Shown here piece after piece: positions 25,724 through 38,454 of a stretch of DNA of 64,000 nucleotides (position 1 is the stretch's first letter; each line of letters starts with the position of its first letter). The stretch is from the NCBI GenBank assembly GCA_022605425.2, contig JAKIMF020000004.1:1240001-1304000 (forward strand), read 5' to 3'. The position numbers were made by a program, and so were the translations under genes. Origin of the DNA: Hamiltosporidium tvaerminnensis FI-OER-3-3. Its lineage: Eukaryota > Fungi > Microsporidia. Under the pieces are notes generated by a model. That model did not search any database. It had not been told where the DNA came from and was given only the letters and a program-made list of their open reading frames with translations.

Positions 25724-26890
25724 ATGAATAAGAAGCGAATTAATACTTGCAATATATTTATAAAAAGAGAATCCATTTACTCGGATTTACTTCATTTTGA
25801 AATATCGAAGATAGGTAAGGGTGGAATGACATCACACTATGGAAAAAAATATCATAAAAATCCTGAAAATTTAAAACTTAGAATTTTATTAAGACATATG
25901 AAATCACCTGTTAGAATCTCACCAGAAAGTTTAAATTCAATACAGGAAAAGATTTTTGATTTCTATGATTGTTTTCGATATCATATGAAAGAATACGATT
26001 TTTTTAATCCGACCTCATCAGACGACCGAGAAATATTTTTATTCTTTTATACAGCTTATATTCTTAAAAAACCTTTCGATGAATTTATTTTGGAATATTT
26101 ACAAGAAAAAGACCCCGAGATACCTGAGAAAAATTTAAAAGTTTTTATAAATTTAATAAAAAATATTTTTATTTCGACCGAAATAAATGATTATACTTAC
26201 GATTCTATTGAATATAATGGCTTACTTAGTGAAAAATATTTCAAAAACAACAATTCTGTAAAATCGATGATCAATTACTATGAAAATAGTTATTTAAGTT
26301 TAAATTTTTGGAATGATATTTCATTATTTAAAAGTCAAAAATTTTTAGAAAGTTGTAAAATTAAAATAAGTAATTTGATCAACGAAATACTTAGAGAACT
26401 TAAAATTCCAGAGAATTTAAAACAAGAGATCCTTAGCATCTACCATATTTTTTGGGAATTAAAAAGAGTTTTGCATTTCTTTAGAGATTATGGCTTTTAT
26501 AACTTCATATTGTATTCTTTGATTTATGTTTATGAAAAAAAATGTTTAAATCTTGATTTTAATAATTTATATATTGTCGTTGATAATTACCTGCGAAGAT
26601 TTTTATACAAGAAAGAAATTTCAATATCTTTGAAAACATTATATTATTCTCTATTCAAGATTAATGTAGATTTTTATCTAAAGAAACGTATGAACTATCT
26701 TAACAGGTTTGGTTTTTATACTGAAAATGTACATAATATACACAAGAAACATTTTCATAATATATTTTCGGATAAAGTGAACAATTTACCCTTTAAAATG
26801 GCGATTTCTCCAAAAAGTTTAAATAAAAAGTCAAAAGAAAAAAATTCTTACTTCAGTAAAAGAAGATTATTTTTTAAAAAATGTGAGTGA
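25724..26890 (+). CDS. Divergent retinoblastoma-like (pocket A/B) protein, putative
   Basis: 388-aa ORF. PFDEFILEYL..FINLIKNIF and VKSMINYYENSYLSLNFWNDIS resemble Rb-A FPWILEV..FYKVIESFI and VKHLNSIEEQILESLAWKSDS. LRELKIPENLKQEI..FFRDYGFYNFILYSL..KKCLNLDFNNL resembles Rb-B LCERL..ELR.KI..LM.DRHLDQ.LLC.IY..KV...F.NI. Has SP sites and a basic C-terminal tail. Confidence 0.55.
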   Translation: MNKKRINTCNIFIKRESIYSDLLHFEISKIGKGGMTSHYGKKYHKNPENLKLRILLRHMKSPVRISPESLNSIQEKIFDFYDCFRYHMKEYDFFNPTSSDDREIFLFFYTAYILKKPFDEFILEYLQEKDPEIPEKNLKVFINLIKNIFISTEINDYTYDSIEYNGLLSEKYFKNNNSVKSMINYYENSYLSLNFWNDISLFKSQKFLESCKIKISNLINEILRELKIPENLKQEILSIYHIFWELKRVLHFFRDYGFYNFILYSLIYVYEKKCLNLDFNNLYIVVDNYLRRFLYKKEISISLKTLYYSLFKINVDFYLKKRMNYLNRFGFYTENVHNIHKKHFHNIFSDKVNNLPFKMAISPKSLNKKSKEKNSYFSKRRLFFKKCE

Positions 26891-29800
26891 AGCTTTCCCG
26901 GAGAAATTTGTGTAAATAAATGTATTTTAAAAAAATCTTTTTTATCTTTTCTTTAAAGGCTATTTTATAATAAAAATTCATTTTTCTGATTTTTTTCTCT
27001 TGTTTATTTATTATTTACTCTATTATATTCTCTGAATGAATATACTTGATATTTTAAATCGAGGTTCTTTTTATATTTTGAATCAACACTTTGATTTCAA
27101 TCATTTCTTCTACAGTTAAGATATAAAGAATTTTGTTTTTCTTCTAAATAAATTTTACTAAATGATATATGTGTAATATATTTTTGAGCTACATATATTT
27201 CCGCATCTTGTATTATATCAATTAATAAAATTTTAGTCGCCATTTTATTAAATCTCGATTACATAGTTTGCATTTCTATTAATAATTAATATAATCTCTT
27301 TTGTGTAGTATCTAATATATGTGCGTTTTTATTATAGACGTTTAAAGATCATTAAGGTACACTTTGAAGTTTTTTTTAGAAAAAAATTCCTATGCTATCC
27401 CATAAAAATTTATGTTAACGGTATACATATCAAAATAACTTCAGCCATTGGCCAATAATTTATTTTCTGAAGTTTTTTAGCTTGCCACTATATGAATTAA
27501 ATATTTGTATCCGAGTTCTATTTCAATGTATGTAATATTTTTATATTTCGTCCAATGAAACTTCATTTATGTGTTTTATTTTAAAGCTGATAAAACTTTT
27601 TGTCATACAATCACCATTTTCGCATCTCTTTCCAAAAACCTCTCGAGTGGGATGCCTTAATTTGTTTTATAAACTTGATTTTCAGTTATTAAAAATTGAA
27701 TTCTGCATTCAAACTACTATATCATGTAGTCTAATATATTCAATGAGGTGTATTTTCATAGAAATTTTAGGAGAACACTTTACTTTTATTAGACTAATAG
27801 TAGCTTTCGCTTCATTTGACTTTTTTATAAATCGTTTATATTTCTGATATAATAGAACACCGTTTTAATATATGATATTATAGCTCTTTACTTGTGCTAT
27901 TTAGAAATATTCGATCATAAATAGCTTACTATTTATAGCTTCATAAAGTTAAAGTAGTTATTAATTAATTTTCTCGTCATATAAATTTCCGACAAAAGCA
28001 TTGTCATATTTTTCAAAAAAGTTATTTCAATTCAATATTTATACAGAGTAGACTCTAAAAACCGAACTATGAAGACATTTATTAACTACTTTACAGTATT
28101 AAGGTCCTCCAGGTTGATATATTATTTCTCTTTTTTGAACAAAAGCGGAGTCTCACAAAAACGTGCAATATACCAGCTAGAATTGAACCAAAAATTATTT
28201 GCTTAGCTTTGTACAATCGCATGATAATTTCATTTTAGTTCTAAATTTATTTCGTTTTCGGTTCACTGCACTGCTCATAAATACTATATTACTCAGATAA
28301 GTTTGTAGATTTTAAGTGAGAGCCAATAAAAGTATTTAAGCAAATGAAAGTATAGATAAAATATTTTATGTAATCCTTTCGTATTTTTCATTTTATCTTA
28401 ACGCCTCTGTACTTTCGATATTAGCTTGAATGTAGCGCCTTTGTATCAAATTCATTTCCTCTTAATATTTTCAATCGTATTTCGAACTTTCCACAAATAT
28501 GGTCATACATACCAATTAAAAAGTTATCAGTAATATGGAAATTAATTTATTTTATCCTAATGCCTCTGCATATTTCTCATTGAGCTTTGATTCAATCGAT
28601 AAACATATGATCCAATTTAAGAAAGTAAAACATATTTAACGATGAAAAATCCCTGTAAACTCTTATTCATATTTTTTTTAGAAAATAAATACTTCAATTT
28701 TTTTAATATATTTTAAGATCTAGACTTGTGAAATTGCAGTTCTATCTATTCTTACAAATGAGCATGATAAATATAATAATAGGCTTGTATGATTATTATC
28801 TAAAACAGCCTTTAGATTTTCTATATAATTTTATACAAAAAAAACATTCATTTGGGTTGCTTTTTTGTAGCCTACATGCTCTTATAACTCTAAACATTTC
28901 ATCAAAGTAACACCGGGCTTTCTATTTAAAGTTAAACGACCCATGTATCAGATTTTCCTTAAACTGTGAATACTTGCCGAATTTATAATAAAAATATATT
29001 TAAAATTGTAAAGTTATACCATGGTGTAATTGATGAGTTTGTTATACTGCGTTATAATCCGGCTTAAGTTTTTCTTTTTGATATATTGCCATCTCAATAT
29101 CGAAATGATAATTGCGAATAGTTATAAGTTTCTAGATTAGGGAAATTTAAGTCTTGATATTACAATACCCAATTTATGAAGTTAATGTAAGATTGTTTAA
29201 AAATCAATTTATGGAAGGAAAATATAGCTAGGAATGTCAGTATAGAAGAGATCGTGTGTATGATAAGATATCATGAAAATGTCTCTTCGTTGATATTAGG
29301 TCTTACTGCTTATAATTTGATTAAAATTGATCATATAGTTTGATCGTAGCTTTTCAGATATCTCGCTAAAAAACGTGAGCTTGGACAAGTCGAAAGAATA
29401 TTTATTTTTAAGATTTTATCTAAATTTAAGAAATGATATGTCTATATGCTTAGAAATCGAACAAAAACATTGATTTTAATAAATAATTATTCTAGTGAGA
29501 GTCTTAATTTAAGTTAGAAATATAATTTAGGCTTTTTTTTGAAATACCAAATAATAAAAGATAGAGTTTCTATTTTTTTGTATTTTATCTAGGAATTCTA
29601 TAAGCATACAACTCGGAAATTTAATTGTAATACCATTTTTCAAAAAGCTAGGTTTTTTTTTGCATTTTTTCCTCGCTAGCAATATTTTACTTAAGTTAAA
29701 TTTATGAGTTCTGTAGCTTACGTTTTCCCATATTTTAAATAATGAAATGGAGAATTTAACTTAGTCGATTCACCTAGAAACTTTCTAGCTATGCCCACTG

Positions 29801-30625
29801 CTTTCTTTTTTATCCTATAAATTTATTTGATTCAATTAAATAGTATTTCTATAATCGATGCACCCATTGTTACAATCAAAAAATACGACTTTTTTATAGA
29901 ATGCGATCTGATGCATCGTTTTATTATCTTTCTTATATAATATTTAACTTATTAGCGTATTTTTTTTGTCAAATTGTTTTGTAACAGAACAACTGAATCG
30001 CCAAATGAATTAAAAAAAATATCCTCATTTTAATAAAAACTTTCTCCTAATCTCTTGTTTGATAAAAATATTTATCGCTGTAATTTCTGCTTTTTGGCTT
30101 TTTCTGTGATTGATATTGACTTATAATTATGATTCGCTTCTCTTTTAAATGTATTTGATACTACGGTCCATTAATATAATTTGTAGAAAGAAAAAAATCT
30201 CTGTTATACAGAGAAATGATTTATTCATCAAGGTGTTGTTCTATTCGTAAAAAGGTTCTACCTGTGCTTGTTCTATCTTCTCTCGACTGGTGTCTTGAAG
30301 TTAGTAAATAAATCGAATTTTTCATTGAATTGCAAATTTATTTGATCTATGCATGTTTTTTCATACTTTTCTATCTTTCAATTTATCAGCTTACATTTTT
30401 TCCGTCACATTTTAAAATTGATACAAAATAGAATTCATAACAAATTGTAATAAAAAAAATACAAATCTAAGCAGATATAATACTTTAGAGAATTAAAGAA
30501 AAATGTGTAAAAAATATAAACTATTAAACCAAAATGTTAGAATATTTTATAGGTTTTCAAACTAGATAAAATATAAAATTTAATCTTACTTTAAAACAAG
30601 AATAAATTTTTTTATCATAGCAAAT

Positions 30626-30901
30626 TTTTTATTTAATAAAATTCTAGATTAAAATATTTTAACATTTTTATATGTTTTCTTCTACCTCTTTAACACTATT
30701 GTCTCTTCTTCCAAATCCGACTCTTCATTTATGTTATTGGTCGGTTCCTCTAAAGTGGTTCCTCTTTGTGAAATAAGGGGTGTATTATTTTTTAGTTTTA
30801 AAATTTTAACACCATCTTCCTCTTTTTTCGCTTCATTTAAAGGGGGTATTGGTTCCTCATGCATCTCTGCACTGATAATAACACCCATTGACGCTCGATC
30901 G
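30626..30901 (-). mobile_element. 276-bp 5'-truncated copy of the R4-like LINE (3' end only)
   Basis: Encodes GVIISAEMHEEPIPPLNEAKKEEDGVK, matching SVIIGAEMHKQPTPPLKEVKNEEDSVK at the LINE ORF C-terminus. Same ttttattaaataaa tail. Candidate 8-bp TSD tagcaaat at 30618-30625 and 30902-30909. Confidence 0.85.
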
Positions 30902-32640
30902 TAGCAAATAAATATATTGTAAAAAACGAAAAATATGATTCAAATTAATCTTGGGTTTATAAAAAATAGTAAAACCTATAAATTTAAGAAGAATAATTTC
31001 ATAAGTAAAAATGATTTATTCTAAATCAAAATATATATAAATATCGAAAATTCTATTCAATATCGAATATTAAGAAAAAATATATTTAGATTTGTAATTC
31101 AACAAATGCATTAGTTTATCTCGTCTGGCTAAATAAATTTAATTTAAACGAATTATTTTATATTTTTAATATAATCTTTATGATAATTGTAACACTTAAT
31201 ATTCAAAATTCATTTTAAAATTTCAGGTCTTCGAAATCTCCGATATTTTTGTTTTATCAAAAAATAAACATTTCAGAAAATCTTATTTTAAATCAAATTC
31301 AAAAAGCAATACTTTATATATTCTGTATAATGTTTCCAAGCTCCTATGAGACACCAATAAAACCAAACATTTTTCTAACATATTTAAAAAGCTTTTCCAC
31401 TAAATTTGGGATGTGAAAGTGTTTATATAATTATTGGTTTATGAAGCGTAGATAGATAGAATAAATGATTTAAAGAGAGAAACAAAGTAAAAAGCATTTC
31501 TATTTTTTTTTATAATTTAGTGTTACAAATGTAATTTATAATCCACTAATTTGGTTACGAAGTTTTAATGAATAGAATATTAAAATAATAAATATGAACT
31601 TTCATTTGATAGAATATACTTAAAGAAAAAAAATAAATTATTCTAAAATATATGGACATCTATTCAAATATTTGATATATTAAATTTGATTTGATGTTAT
31701 AAAATTGAGAACAAGAAAAGTTTATTTAAATAAATTTTAATGTATTTCAACATAATTATTAAAAATTGATAATTCTGAAGCGAATATTTCAATGAAGAAA
31801 TCTCTATGATAAGTTTTCTTGGGTTTTGATAAGAAGTAAAATTGTAATATTTGAAACTTTATAAACAATAAGATTTATGAGTTTAATAACATATATTTAA
31901 CTATTCTTGAAGAATCAATTTTGTTACAGATAACATTTTTGTCTGATTTTTTATACATAAACCTGTTTTTAAATTAAAAATAAAGAATTAATTCATTTTT
32001 ACTTTTTAAAATAATTTAACTTGGATTTCAAGGCTGATTGTTTTCTTATTCGAATTTTAAAATATCAAAGTTGGACATAGAAAAAGATTTAAATGTCTTT
32101 TTAAAAGTTTCGATTGAAAATATCTTTTACAAAGGTATGTTTTAAGTTTAAGTAAACACAGCTATATCTGAATAAGGTTCAGCTTAAATGTACTATAATT
32201 TATTAAGTAATATCTATGTAGACAAGAATTTCTTATTTTACATGTTATAAGTATTCATATTTTTTAGTTTGGAATAATAAGAAGAATAAAGATAATTTCC
32301 CCAGCCTTTGAATGTATTGTTTGCTTCGATAATCTCCAATTAAAATGTTTTTTAATCTATTTCTTGAGAATTGTTTTTAATTTAGATAAGTTTAGACACG
32401 AAATTTTTACCAAATGTTTGAATTCATCTTTTATAAAATAATTTTTTGGTAGTTCCATGAATTTATAGATCATATAGACGAATTTGGACTTAAATCGGCT
32501 AAAATATAAAGTCTTATATAGTTATACCGATGTCTCGGGTCTCTGGAATCGCTAGTACTTGAAAACCTAAAAATAAATTATTTACAATTTATATTTTAAT
32601 AATAAGGTAAAATACTCCGAATTAAAAAATAAATACGAAT

Positions 32641-34660
32641 TTAATGAAATGTAAAGTAGTTTTCATTCATTTTTATATAAATATTTTTCGCTTCAAATAC
32701 TTCTTTTAAAAACAGAATAAATTCATCACATAGTTCATCTTTTCTATAAAAAATTTCTAGATATAATTCCTTTTTAAATTTCATTTTTAAATATGAAGAA
32801 GTCATTTTCTCAATTTTACATTCATAAAATCGCAAAGTCTTAAGTTTCTTTAAATTTGAAATAAAATTAAAATCTGATTCATTTATATTAATTTTTGTAA
32901 ATTCCAATCTCTTTATTTTATATTCTTTCGATGTACAAAATATTTCTGAAAAATAAATTTTTTTAAATTCGGTTCTACACAGTTCAAGTTCTTCCAGATA
33001 TAATAAATTACCAAGGGCCTCAAAATCTAATTTATCAATAGAAATATCACAAAGATATATTTTCTTTATCGTGCTTAGATCATATTTTTCAAACAAATAT
33101 TTCAAATAACCTGAATCGCATTCATCATTTGCCATATTATTTTTTGTTGTTCCAACATAACCTAACAGCCTTCCTAAAATTTCAAATAAATACTTACTAT
33201 AGTCTCTATTTATAAGATTTAATTCTCTAAAATCAATATTCGGCTTCATAAAAGAGATAAATTCGAATCTGTAGCTAAATTCGAATGATATTTCTTTAAG
33301 AGACGCCATCTTAGATATCAGTTGGTAAAAAAAGAAAAAAATCATCGCAGTTCTTAGTCTGGAATCTAAAATATTTTATAGATTTGTTACTAAAGACAAC
33401 ATTATTTTCCATAACTATTTCAGAATTAGATATTGTTAATCTCTCAAGCTCTTTAAGACTTAAAATGTCTACCAAAAAACTGCAATTTATTTTTGAATTT
33501 ACAATTTCAATTTCATTAATATTTTTTTCTAATATAGTATATCTTTGAATGTAAAAATTTTTCCAATTTGATTTTCTAAAAGTAATTGAAATATTGGTAA
33601 AAAGATCATTGTTTTCATAGAACCCCTTGATTTCCCGATGATTAGAATTAAAATATAAAGATTCAGTGGTTTTAACCTTATTCTTCAATTCATCTTGTTT
33701 AAACACTTTAAAATAAAACTGTCTTTTTATTTCAGCCATATTTTTATCATCAAAAATTGAATCTTCATCGGAAAATTTTCTGTTGAATGCTGCAAATTTT
33801 TAATTATCCTATCGATTGTATTGAGATTATCTATATCTTGTATTTTCATAACTTTATAGTTCTTATTCAAAATGTTATCTTCATAAAAAATAATTTGATT
33901 TATTTTGCTCAAATTATCTGTAAATATTATGTTTGTTACAAATTTAGAAGTTATAAAAACAATTTTGGTTTGATTCGTATATACCAAGTTATCATTCAGA
34001 TACCTTATGGTCTCATCACATATTGAGCAATGAAAGAATACAATCTCATAAATCTTTTTTTTTAGATTCTGTAAAATGAAACACAAAGTCCTAAATTCAT
34101 ATTCTTTCATATAATGTACATGTAAATACTTTATATCCCATGTATTTAGAAGCAGAATAAATAAATTTTTGCTTTTTTGATTCTTAGCTTTGTATTCATC
34201 AAAAAAAGTGTAAATCCGAAATTTATTTCCAAAATATCTTTTCATCTTCACTATACAAACCTTTATATTTATTAGAAATATTATATTCATTTTCTTTAAT
34301 AAAAAACGGAAGATATGAAGACATTCTAAAATTCAAAATTTTAAAATATTCTTGAGATATCTTTTTGAATAATTCATGAGAAAAATACACCTGCTTAGAG
34401 AAATGAAACGAAACTTTGTCAAGATCAAAATGTTTTATATCATCGGATATACTTAAAGAATACAATATCATTTTCATAAGATTTCGCAATTTATCATCTT
34501 GTTTAACTCTAAAATATTCTAAAAAATACAAAATTGTGTAGAATTTATCAATTGTCATTTTATTATTCAATAAATAATATGAAATTAAAAATTCATAGAA
34601 GATTAAAAACTCGGATTTCTTTATATGATCACAAAGAAATATTTCTAGATTTGAATTTAT
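32641..34660 (-). pseudogene. 3' part of a secreted LRR-like multigene-family gene, cut off by the LINE and carrying three frameshifts
   Basis: Removing 34661-38454 and one TSD joins ..FNNINSNL to EIFLCDHIKKSEFLIFYEFLISYYLLNNKMTIDKF in frame. ORFs 34223-34570, 33727-34290, 33311-33739 and 32641-33345 are linked by 1-nt shifts in T runs. Contains LxxLxL-type repeats (LLYLEELELC, LKKLKTLRF, LKELERLTI). Confidence 0.8.
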
Positions 34661-37600
34661 TTAATAAAATTCTGGGTTAACAAATTTTCTCTCGTTTAAC
34701 TAATTTCTTCCATCACTTTAACCACTTTATTCTCTTTTTCTACATCCGACTTATCATTAATGTCTATCGTCGGTTCCTCTGGTCTGGTTACGTCATCTAA
34801 AATAAGGGGTAAAATATTTTTTGAATTTACTTGTTTAACACTATCTTCCTCGTTCTTCACTTCTTTTAAGGGGGGTGTTGGCTGTTTATGCATCTCAGCT
34901 CCTATAATAACACTTAATGACGCTCTCTCCCAGCTCTCTTCGGCACTTGGTCCTGACTCAATTCCTCTTCGTCGATCGAGGGAAATCATTTCGACTGTTT
35001 TCTTAAGTACTATGGACTGAATGTATGCCTCTACATTTATGGGTATTTGTAATCTTTTAAGATAAGTCTTATGGTATTTTGTCACAATACCGTCCCATGT
35101 TATCACATAAGGAATTATCTCTACACTACATTTGTAAATAAGACCCAGCTCATTTGCTAATAGGTCATACTTCCTAAGTTTCTCTGTTTCAACTATTTGA
35201 AGTGAGTCTTGGGAGGTGATTCCTACTTCAATGAGGGTAATCTTATTTCGTCTCTTGTCTAAAACGAATATATCTGGCCTATTATTTCGAATTTTGACAT
35301 CAGTTTTTATTCTGGTGTCCACTCTTATCTCTGCATACTCATTATCAAGAATTTCTTGAACTGAGTGGCTTCTGATTCGTTTTGAAGACTTGAATTTATA
35401 TTTATTTAACAAGAGCAAATGTATACATCGTACCACTTCATTGTGTCGTCTAGTATAGTCATGACCAAGCATTTTTTCACATCTCGTTGCTAAATGGTCT
35501 ACTGTTTTTCTAGACGTGTTGCAGTGTTGACACACACCTTCTGCTCCCCAAAATACGTTTCTATCCTGGATATAGCAGAACACTGCTTCATCACGCGGTC
35601 TTACACTTCCTTTCTTTAACCATCTTGAGGAGTCATTTACGCTTACTAGCTCGTTGTTTCTAGCATTATATAACTTTGAATGTAGTTTTCGTTTTTCTAT
35701 TTCGTTATATAAGTTAGCTAGTTGAGCTTCATCTAATTTATTTTTAGTGACCTCCTCTGCCGTCCCGTATTTTACTTGTAAAAAGTCTTTTATTAGTGCA
35801 AGATGGGTTTTATTATCATTCTCCACCTTAAGGATTGCTGCTCTTCTGGTCGATGTTTCTTTAGATTTTTCCAGACAATCCAAGAGTTGCAAAAGCATAT
35901 GTTCGCTTTTGAACTCAACACTATGAAGACCTCTCCCAAGTTCTGTTCTGGGAAGGTACAGACGCTCTTTACATCCTGGGCGAAGGTGTATCTTGTTCTT
36001 TATTAAAACTGCACGTACTGCGTCATCCAACTTTGAGAAGTCGCCAGGTTCAAGTCGAAGTACACCTATATGATAGTTTATTAGAGATATCGCATGTTGA
36101 TTGATAGCTTGAAATAAATTTCTTGCATTCAATCTCGTGCGGCAAAGTCTCTCTACCCTCGCTATCAGTTTGGTTTGTACTTCCTCAAACGACTTACGTG
36201 TTGGAATTCCTCTGCTATCTTCTATTATTCCGAGGTATTTGTAAACACCTATTCCTTCAAGAAGAGTAGCAGTATTCTCACAACACGAGTCATTTGTGGC
36301 CGACTTCTCTCTGTTTATTTCTAATCCTATATTTTTCATAAACATTTTTACTTCCTCCGTCATCTTTTCAAGCGTTGTTCCATCTTTGGCAAGGAGCTTA
36401 AGATCATCAATGAACAAGAGATGATTGGTAGAGTGGGATGCATCCTCCGTTTGTATTGTCACCTTTGCGTATTCTTCATTGAGTTTACGGCTCAATGGAT
36501 CCATACACAGCACAAACAATAAGGGTGACAAACTATCTCCCTGTAGAATTCCCTTATCAATCTTCTTGTTCATAATTTTTTCAGACCCTACCGAAATATC
36601 AATTTTCCATTTTGATATTGTTACCTTAATAAATTTCAGGATCCAATCAGGTAAATTAAGGTTTTCGATGACTTGTGTCAAATAAGCATGATCTATTGAA
36701 TCATACGCTTTTTTGACATCAATCCACGTTGCCTTAAGATTGTTTCCATACTCTTTATTAATAGCAAAATTTAGCAGGGCCTGCTCCTTCGCTCCTTGCA
36801 CACCTCTCACTGCACCCAATTGATTATCTGCTAGTAACCCTCGCCTCTCTACCTCAAGCTGAACAACTTTTGTAACACACTTTGTCGTCAGCTTGTAAAG
36901 GTTTGACATACAAGTTATTGGCCTATAGTCGGAGCCTTTTTGTGGTACGCTTTTTGGAATGAGATACGTTAGCCCATGATAAAACCAATTAGCCTGTGGT
37001 GTTCCTTCAAAACATATGGCTTTCACAATATCATAAAGATACTTGTGAAGAGTCGTAAGTTTTTTGATATAAAAATTGTAGATCCCATCAATTCCGGCGG
37101 CTTTCCAGTTAGGAAGCCAATTGATAATATCTACAAATTCATCAAGTGAAGGAAACGTGGCCTGGTGAGTATCCGGCACGAAAGGTATCAGATACTCATC
37201 ATACGTAACTATTTCATTATTTTTGTTCCACATTGTGGACCAAAAACTTACAATTTCGTCACGATTAACCACATGCTCGGATTCCACACGCTCAGACAGG
37301 CCACGATAATATCTACCTCGGAACAACTCAAACATACGATTCTCTTTTCGGAATTGCTTCCTACTTTCGTACATCGTAAGTTTTTTTTCGTAAACAGTTA
37401 TCAGCTCATTCTTCTTAACTACAGCCTCCGATAGATCATTTGTTTTGTTTAGGTCTAAATTAAACTCTCGCATAATTTTTTTAAGACTTTTAGTTTGAGA
37501 AGAGGAGAGTTCTTTTCGTCTACGTGCTTTCTCGAGGATATCTTTTGAAAGTTTTAACACTGAAATTTTACTCTCAATGCTTTCTTTCCACGCTGATCTT

Positions 37601-38454
37601 GGCCTCTCTTTACGTGTTTCATCGTCATAACATACCTGTGCTGTCTGGATAATTCGGGCAACGTCTGTTATCGTCATAGGTACATGAGAGTCAGCATATT
37701 CACCGACTATTCGATTAATAAGATCAAGAACTGTAGTGTCAACCAATTCATTTGGAAGCTTTCGAGTTCGGACTACTACTTTTCCGATTTCCTCCTCAGA
37801 TATTTTTTTGATATTACTAAAGTATTTTTCTCTCAGGCTTATAAATCGAGTAGCATCGGTCAAGGAACATGGCTCGGCGAGACAAGTGGCGATTCGACGT
37901 CGCTCTCCATTCTCTTCCTGCCTAATTTTCTCTTCCGTCTTATTGTGTGCCATTCTTTTTAGCACATCGATAGTTTCGGTACAGGAGAACTTCTCATTAT
38001 AGTAGCTCTGTATCTCTTTCCATCCATTTCTAGGCATTCGGTCAAACCTTGTTTGTACTGCAAAAAGAACACATCGAATAAATTCTTGACGCTCGGCCTC
38101 TATAGATCTGAGTATGGATCGGAGTACAACGAGCCTTTCGGAAATAGGTATGGTACAAAGGTTTGGCCAACTAGCAGCTATATCTGGCCTAGGGGTCACG
38201 GTGCTTGAATGCATAGGGTTAGATGGCGAGGGTATGGTGTTAAGCAAGCATACCTTTGTGTTTGTGTTTGCTTCGCTTGGTGGTATAGAAATGTTATTTA
38301 TGATGGTGGATGGTGTGTATGAGCTTGGCTGTGGAATTCCCTGGTCGTTTTTACACTCTCTAATTACCTCATCCACTTCACTTGCCCTGTTTGCAGCCTT
38401 TATTATTTTTTCTTCTTGTTTTTCGCTGCCTACATATTTTCTTATACCCATATT
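34661..38454 (-). mobile_element. Intact RLE-clade (R4/Dong-like) non-LTR retrotransposon, ~3.8 kb
   Basis: RT motifs AAGIDGI, YRPITC, WIDVKKAYDS, GILQGDSLSPLLF, HLLFIDD, YKYLG and RLYLPR..GRGL. CCHC knuckle CQHC..DHLATRC, then RHN and the PD-(D/E)xK nuclease RPDI..LIEVGIT..KLRKY. Perfect 15-bp TSD tagatttgaatttat at 34646-34660 and 38455-38469. Confidence 0.95.

Noticed and set aside
27560-27700. FLYWCH/MULE-like fragment FWKRCENGDC on the minus strand
   Set aside because: A single short motif with no supporting transposase sequence or TIRs.
10276-28910. Numerous 60-100-aa ORFs (e.g. 10276, 11420, 16324, 17274, 18209, 24057, 24501, 27569, 28728)
   Set aside because: F/I/L/K-rich chance ORFs typical of AT-rich DNA, many with non-ATG starts and no recognisable motifs.
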